A stretch of DNA of 60,000 bases, taken from contig CM097885.1 in the NCBI GenBank assembly GCA_044892525.1, positions 42,410,001 to 42,470,000 on the forward strand, written 5' to 3'. Under the pieces are notes generated by a model, which had not been told where the DNA came from, did not search any database, and was given only the letters and a program-made list of their open reading frames with translations. Origin of the DNA: Schmidtea polychroa (Eukaryota). Below are positions 52,111 through 60,000 of the stretch, piece after piece. A program made the translations under genes and the position numbers. Position 1 is the first letter of the stretch, and each line of letters begins with the position of its first letter.

Positions 52111-52377
52111 TCAGCACAAACTACATGAAATGACAATTAATAAGATGAGTAAAGCAAGAAGACGCAAACGGGATATCTGGACACTAGTATCGATTGAGCA
52201 GAAATACGGTAGATTATAGAAATTGGTTACAGTAGTATATGAAATCACATAAAAAAACTGGCCAATTAAAATTAGGCAAATATTGACGAAAAAATAAACA
52301 CAAATTATGAGTGTAGAAACACGCCAACTCTGAAGGAGTATATAAAGTCTCTTGGCATACTTTAAGAACTTTGCCAT
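52111..52377 (-). CDS. Possible small hydrophobic membrane protein or exon, unidentified
   Basis: ATG-initiated 88-aa ORF with two hydrophobic segments, convergent on RNF170; no recognised motif. Confidence 0.3.
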   Translation of the reverse strand: MAKFLKYAKRLYILLQSWRVSTLIICVYFFVNICLILIGQFFYVISYTTVTNFYNLPYFCSIDTSVQISRLRLLALLILLIVISCSLC

Positions 52378-53031
52378 TCGAATATTATTTTGTTACACAC
52401 TTTCATTTCAACTTTTATTAAAGAAAAATCATTTTATTTAACTTAGCCTAAGGAATCACATAAAGAGTTTTGTTTTTGGAAACAGGCCATACCAAAAGAA
52501 CTCAGGTTAATATCCTGCTGGCTTGACAATTGATGTCGTATGATGGCTGGTGGTAACGCGTAAGCCCCATGATTATGTTTTGTCTCGTCTGGGTTCGGAC
52601 AAGACTAAAGTCATGCGAATCAAGTTGAGATAGGTTAAAGTAAGAATTAATTCCTACCCCGGAGCGAGTAACATTAGGTAATTACTAAATCCCATGGTAA
52701 TAAAGACTGATTCTATAACCAAATAAACGTTATTTATGATTTGTATGTGCAGAAATTATGTATCCCTAAGTAGAGTAAAAATCAAAAACATCAAAAAAAC
52801 ACGATTTTCACCAAAAATAACATAAGAATTAAAATCATTATAAAAATGATTAAAAACACTAATATTATTATAAACTAAATATAAAAAAAATTTGTGGTGT
52901 ATAATTTAAAAATAGTATAGAATATTCGAGAAAATGGCAATATCCATTATGGCGGCGAATTAAAATAATTCGAATTTGTTTTACTCATCAGTGCACGCAC
53001 AAAGACTAACACACAAAAATTAAGATATATA

Positions 53032-55037
53032 AGTAGTATGATGTGTCCCCTCCAGACCAGGTCCCCTCCAGACCACATATACCCCCTCCCCCCCGGGAAA
53101 AAATTTTTTTTTTTTAAAATAAAAGGTCAAGGTCATTTATTTTTTTTTTAATTTAATTTTTTGTTTTAATTAATTGGCCGGGATGGCCCCTACTTTTTTC
53201 ATCCCAAAAATTAATGTTCCCACCAACGGATTTTATTGGACGATACCTCATCTTAAAGCTCAGTCCAAGACCTTTCGATTGATCCATAGAAGGTATCATC
53301 ATCATTAATATTGACAAAGTTATTAACAATTGATGACCACCATCTTTTCAACGTTAAATTATTATTATTATTCAAAATATTATTAATTGGCCGGGCGGGG
53401 ACATACTTTTTCTCATCCCAAAAATTAATGTTCCCATTATCCGAATTTATTAATAGATAGCTTATTTTGAAGCGTAGTCTAAGACCTTTCAATTGAGCCA
53501 TAGAAGGTATCATCATCATTAACATCGGCAAAGTTATTAAAGTTTTACCGAGACCATTTTTCAAGGTCATTTATTTTTCAAAATATTATTTTCAAGGTCA
53601 AGGTCAAGGTCAAGGTCATTTATTTTTTTTCAAGGTCATTTATTTTTTCAAGGTCATTTATTTTTTCAAGGTCATTTATTTTTTCAAGGTCATTTATTTT
53701 TTCAAGGTCATATTTTAAAATTTAAATGTACAGAGTTCCCGACAACGATAATTATTCAACGATAGCTCATTTTAAAGCCCAATGCAAGACCTTTCGATTG
53801 ATTCATAGAAGGTATCATCATCATTATTATTGACAAAGTTATTAACAATTGATGACCACCATCTTTTCAACGTTAAATTATTATTATTATTCAAAATATT
53901 ATTAATTGGCCGGGCGGTGACATACTTTTTCTCATCCCAAAAATTAATGTTCCCACCAACGGATTTTATTGGACGATACCTCATTTTAAAGCCCAATGCA
54001 AGACCTTTCGAATGAGCTAATGAAGGTATCATCATCATTATTATTGACAAAACTATTAACATTTTACCAAAAATCATTTTCAAGGTCATATAATTATTAA
54101 GTGGTCTGGCGGGCCCCTACTCTTTTTCATCCCAAAAATTAATGTTCCCATTATCCGAATTTATTGGACGATACCTCATCTTAAAGCTCAGTCCAAGACC
54201 TTTCGAATGAGCCATAGAAGGTATCATCATCATTAATATTAACAAAGAGAATGACTCACCCAATGACTCACCCAACGATGTCTAATATTTTTAGAACGAT
54301 GACTCATCAAGGTCAAGGTCAAATTTTTAATAAAAGGTCAAGGTCATTTATTATTTTCAAGGTCATTTATTTTTTCAAGGTCATTTATTTTTTCAAGGTC
54401 ATTTATTTTTTCAAGGTCATTTATTTTTTCAAGGTCATTTATTTTTTCAAGGTCATTTATTTTTTCAAGGTCATTTATTTTTTCAAGGTCATTTATTTTT
54501 TCAAGGTCATTTAATTTTCAAGGTCATTTAATTTTTCAAGGTCATTTATTAAAATAATTATTATTTTCTAAGTTTTTAGTTTCTAAGTTTTATTATTATT
54601 ATTATTATATATATATAGTCAGAGTTTATCCGACAAGATATTCTGTCCCCCTATGGGTACTGCTCATATCGGTAATGGTCAAAAGTCATTTTTAAAACAA
54701 AGACAATGACTCTTCATATTTTTAGAACGATGCCTAATATTTTTAGAATGATGCCTAATATTTTTTAGAACGATGCCTAATATTTTTAGAATGATTACAT
54801 CATAATTTTAGAACGATGTCTATTATTTTTAGAATGATGCCAAATATTTTTAGAACGATTACGTCATACTTTTAGAACGATGCCTAATATTTTTAGAATT
54901 AATAATTTTGTTTTAATTATCGATGATTATATAATTTTGTTTAAATCATTGATTATATAATTCTTTTGTTTTAATTATCGAATACGTAATAATATAATTT
55001 TGTTTAAATCGTTGATTACATATTATTATTTTCTAAG

Positions 55038-55088
<51 letters not shown>

Positions 55089-55613
55089 CATATATACACC
55101 GAGTTTATCCGACAAGATATTTTCTCCCTCTATGGGTACTGTTCACAAGGGTACTGCTCACACTCAATATGTCGTAAATTATTATTATTATTATTTCAAA
55201 TACAAGTTCAAAGTATTATTATTATTATTATTATTTATTATTACGCGCACGGGGAATATTATTATCATATATACTCTTAATCTATCCGACAAAATATTCT
55301 ATCCCTTTATGGGTATTGCTCATATGGGTAATGGTCAAAGGTGTACTACTCACATTCAACATGTCTCAAAGGGTATAATATAATTAATATTAAATTCTGA
55401 CCAACTTAAATCAATGAAGGGGTAGAACAAAAATATATTAAGTTGCGGTATTTTAAATTTAAAAATATTTTAAAAACTTATTTTGACACTAAAGTTTACT
55501 TAATTAACAAAGACATAATTATTGCACATGCTTTGCATAAATATTATTATTTTTTAAATTTTCAATATTTTCTTTTAAAGTATTAACACGCGCGGGAGTT
55601 ATTATTATTATTA

Positions 55614-55660
<47 letters not shown>

Positions 55661-56136
55661 GTTAATGAAAAATCTAAAATATGGTTTACACACACAACCC
55701 CTCAACCATTATTATTATTATCAATATTAAAAACCTAAAATATTTTCTACACACACACACACATGCACAACTCATTAACCATTATTATTATCATTATTAG
55801 TGAAAACCTAAAATATTTTTTACACACACACACAACCCATTAACCATTATTATTATTATTATCAATATTAAAAACCTAAAATATTTTTACACACACACAT
55901 ACAACTCATTAAACTTATTATTATTATTATTATTATTGCAAATATTAGTCAAAAACATAAAAACACACACACAACCAATTAACAATTATTATTATCAATA
56001 TTATTATTATTGCAAATACTAGTCAAAAACTTAAAATTTTTTTTTTTACACACACACATGACCCATTAACAATTATTTGTATCAATATTAGTGAAAACCT
56101 AAAATATCTTCTACACACATATACAACCCATTAAAC

Positions 56137-56187
<51 letters not shown>

Positions 56188-56470
56188 ATTATTATTATTA
56201 TTAGTGAAAAAACCTTAAATAATTTTTACATACTAAGTTATGGGGTAGAGTATTATTATGTTTGCAGTATTCTGTGTTTGCCTTTACAGGAAGTTGTCAA
56301 TAAGGAGCGATAATTTTACACACACACATTCTATATACACATACCTTGTTTAACATGGGTGTATATACTCCTAGTCTATCCGACAAAATATTCTGTCCCC
56401 CTATGGGTATTGCTCACAAAGGTACTACTCACATTCAACATGTCGCAAGGGTATATTAATTAATGTTAGT
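53032..56470 (+). mobile_element. One end of another AGTAG-terminus, repeat-built non-coding element
   Basis: ATATATA|AGTAGTATGATGTGTCCCCTCCAGACC..ATATACCCCCTCCCCCCCGGG, followed by ~213-bp repeats (53170-54245), 18-bp CAAGGTCATTTATTTTTT arrays (53560-53710, 54310-54550), ~20-bp TTTTTAGAACGATGCCTAATA repeats, TTATCCGACAA modules and (ATT)n/(AC)n repeats. Confidence 0.65.
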
Positions 56471-58254
56471 AAATAAAACTTATCACACACACTTTTATAT
56501 TTAAACGATAAAAATCAAGACAAGAGAGGACAAGGCAAAGTGTATGCATTTAGTATTGCCAGGCCTAATGAGCAGTGACCAAATATCTGTGCCTGAAAGA
56601 CACGGTGGATATTTGTTCGCGTCCACAAGGGTCGTCTGTGCCTCCCCCAAGTGGGGTCAGAAGAACCTGGGCATTATAGTTTTCCGTACGGAACATTACG
56701 CCTAGCATGGGTAGTCAACTACCAGCACATTCGAAACGTATAATTTCAAAATACATGCGTCATTGGCACTATAACCAAATTAATTAATGTTTTCACTAAC
56801 ACAAATATATATTTACAGAGGCCTCCCACTAGTTGGATTACAACCGCCCACCACGACGATCAGCTTGTAAATATATATTAATTAAGGGATAAAGAGGACC
56901 CACCCAACCCTATTATATTTAATTTACAAATTTTTCTCGCTCTTCTGCTGGTATTCTATCTCAAAATTATCATCTCCATCGGGCCATTTGGAATACATCT
57001 TGCGAATTGGACATATTTCTTAGTTTCTGATGTGGCGTCAACTATCATTGCTAAAATTTATATTGATTTAAAAGCAATTAACTTACATTATCTAGCATTT
57101 TATCGTCACAGGCTTGATAAATTAGGCAACTGTTATTTGTGGTATACTTTTCAATGTCATTTCCCACCATAAAACACAGATACCTAAATATAATATATAT
57201 ATTTTAAAGAATTAATTCATGTCTTACATTAATAATAATATTCTTCAGGTAGTACTTTACAATATCTAATTGATAAAACATCGGTTTCTCCCATTTTTCT
57301 TGACATTCGTTGAAAGTTTACATAATTTAAGTCTGATAATTCATGTTGAAGGACACCCACAATCAGCTAATTCATTTAAAAAATCTAGAACATAGCAATG
57401 TTTCACCATTTTGTCTGGTTCATTTTCTTCTATAATTCATGTTTTAATAAGAAATTTCTAAATCCAGAACATAAGTCATTTAGTGTTTCACCATTTTGTT
57501 CATCTTCTTCATAATCATATAATTCATTTTCTTCATTACTAAGTAAAATAATTAAAATATTGTAGTAAATTCTTTATTTACTTACTTTATGGATACTAAA
57601 ACGAAAGAAATAAAGTTATTTCAAAAGTATATTTAAATAATTTAAATTTAAATAATTTAAATTTAGTTATTTAAACATATTTAAACACTTTAGTTATTTA
57701 AGCATATTTAAACATTAATATTATTATATAGTATAATTTTATATAATTTTATATAATATTATAATATTATAATATTATGTATTGTAAATTTAATATATCC
57801 TTAATTTAATTTTTTAAATTCAAAAATTTATAATGAAGATTCTTTGAATTAAAAAATATTCTGTTAGTATTTCCAGGCAGAAAACAACGAATTCAATAAT
57901 TAAAATCTTAATTTTCATGTTGTTAGGGTTATGGCCAGAATTTAATCGCCATCTAATCGTTTGTTCTCAATTTCGCTCATTTTTGTTCAAAACATTCAGG
58001 TGAGTTGTTATCTGGAAAGTTTCTTTGAGCTCAGTTTTGTTAAAACACTCACAGTATTTTTGAGGGACGTGACACTGGGAATAAATTAACAATGGGTGGT
58101 CTTGCATACATGTTGTTGGTTTGAACTGTTGATTTATTTTAGAAATATGTATATTAAAAACATTTAAGGTATCATTCAGTAAAATAATATAGTATTTTTG
58201 AGTATTTTTAGTTGATTTATAAATAACAGTATTTTGATATATCAATAAAGACCA

Positions 58255-60000
58255 TATACTCCTAGTTTATCCGACAAAATATTCTGTCACCCTATGGGTA
58301 TTGCTAGCAAGGGTACTGGTCACATTCAACATGTCGCAAGGCTATATTAATCATTTAGAAATTCTTAGGTAATTTAGTGAGATGATCAGAAATTCGTGAA
58401 TATTTTAAATGTAACTTTACACTTATGTCGAGCGACTAATTTATTGGTTAACTTTGTAGTCATTTAAAGCAAAAATTAATTTATTCATCTAATGTTCGTT
58501 ACAATAGTTAATAATATGAGAAAAACATGGTCATTATTCATTGATAATTTTAAATTCTTTATCATTTGGAGTAAATTTGTTTGAGGCAAAAATAATTAAA
58601 GGAGTCATAATAGAAATATGGTTATCATTTATCCAATTAAGGGGCCTATTATTTAGAAATATATATTATAAAGTAACAATTATTTTCTAATTTAATTAGA
58701 TGATCATTAGACGTAATATATCTTTGCGAGAAATTTAAGATGTTTGAGTAACCAAAACATGGACATTTTGTGCGATAAATTTATGAATATTGCTTAATTT
58801 TGTTATTTTTAGTCATTTAAAATAATATTTAGCAAAGGTAATTTAGCAAAATATCATTTATCCACCCGATAACAATATTCCTTCAATAGATTAATTGATA
58901 TTCAACCTATTTAATTTCTGGAAATATAATTAAAATCATAAATTTCCTTCATGAAAGTTAAATTTTCTTTAGTTGTCGATGTCTAACTCTTTTAAGTCAA
59001 TATTTTTGTTACCGTTATCTTCATAATGAATGTCCGTCTTTAAAATGTTAAATAAAATAATTTAAAGCAATAACCTTTGATATCAATTATCTCTAAATAT
59101 TTCAAATATTGCATTGTCAAAACCAAGTAAATTAGTCATTACCCATTAATAAAACCGTGGATAATTAATAAAAACTGGTTCTGAAACATAAATTACTGTG
59201 CAATAACATTCATCACAACCTCTAAAACGGTATAATTTCACAGGATCTATTCATAGCTGACTATTTCCCTTGAAAATTTGATATTTTACCAATAAGAATA
59301 TATAAATATTCAAAACATTAACCGATCCCTCACCAAATATCTTTACCCCTTAAAACACCTTAAATCGTATATATTACCATCTTAACCTTCACTAAATCCA
59401 ACCGAATATAATTTCATCCACTTGTGCCCTTTAATAAATCTTAAAATCTATAGAAAATTCTTCAAAATATGAATTTTATTTAATTGTCACAGACATTCTT
59501 CCATTGAAATAATTTAGTAGCTAAATTCAAAGAGTCCACTAAAAGATCAAAATTCATTAAAATAAATATTTAACCACATGTGTCATCAAATACCTAACTA
59601 GAGATGATAATATCTCATTGATTGATCATAATTATAACCATTATAACATGATATATCTTTCAAACTAAATTTAGGTATATTTTACAATAATTTTCAAGTA
59701 GATTTTAAATATATCATCATCGTGAAAAAATTAGATTGTTTCAACTTTAGATTTTCAATATTTTAAAGTTCATCAATGTGTAAATATTCTTAGAAAAATA
59801 TATGAAAAAATTATTTAGTCAAATTATCATTACAAAGTCATCATCATCATCAAAATTAATAAAATATAGCAAATTATCAAGAAATTAATTAAATTTATCT
59901 TAGAATTAACACTAAACCTTAAATATTCTTTCAATTAACATGAAATTCACAAAAAAATGTTAGTAAAATCCCGCTAACTCTAAAAAATTACCAATGAATT
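58255..60000 (+). repeat. Diverged relative of the 3.2-kb nested module of the giant palindrome; runs off the window
   Basis: Begins TACTCCTAGTTTATCCGACAAAATATTCTG. 59030-60000 is collinear with ~12690-13960 (CATTGTCAAAACCAAGTAAAT; TTCTTCCATTGAAATAATTTAGTAGCTA; AAGTTCATCAATGTGTAAATATTCTTAGAAAA). Confidence 0.85.

Noticed and set aside
52540..52610. tRNA/SINE-like A and B boxes
   Set aside because: No cloverleaf, B box incomplete, and no second copy in the window.
56555..56650. Possible hammerhead ribozyme (CTAATGAG...GAAA)
   Set aside because: Core deviates from CUGAUGA, stems are weak and no valid cleavage triplet could be placed.

Overview
Very AT-rich eukaryotic (animal) genomic DNA with 40-50 bp spliceosomal introns; an invertebrate such as a planarian is plausible but this is only inference. 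Three host genes appear intact: a divergent alpha-tubulin (35931-45945, with an 8.5 kb transposon-filled intron), an HMGB gene (50064-50731) and RNF170 (50966-51859). The rest is nested mobile DNA. The dominant structure is a 20.9 kb, essentially non-coding giant palindrome (4754-25694): two ~10 kb inverted arms around a ~1.07 kb spacer, AGTAG...CTACT termini and TATATA flanks. It sits in the 3' end of a decayed hAT transposon (1499-25900, 8-bp TSD), which in turn splits an unknown ORF. The same AGTAG-type terminus occurs on a 91-bp mini-element (4146-4236, 6-bp TSD) and at 793 and 53032. Decayed Polinton/Maverick genes (integrase, protein-primed DNA polymerase B) lie nearby, suggesting a family of non-autonomous Polinton-type elements from 91 bp to 21 kb. 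Also present: a Gypsy element carrying a captured intronless RNF126/RNF115-like RING gene, a second gag-only LTR element, a 471-bp local inverted templated insertion, a probable chuvirus-like glycoprotein relic, several hAT and mariner remnants, and MITEs. All family assignments come from motifs read by eye; no database search was run.
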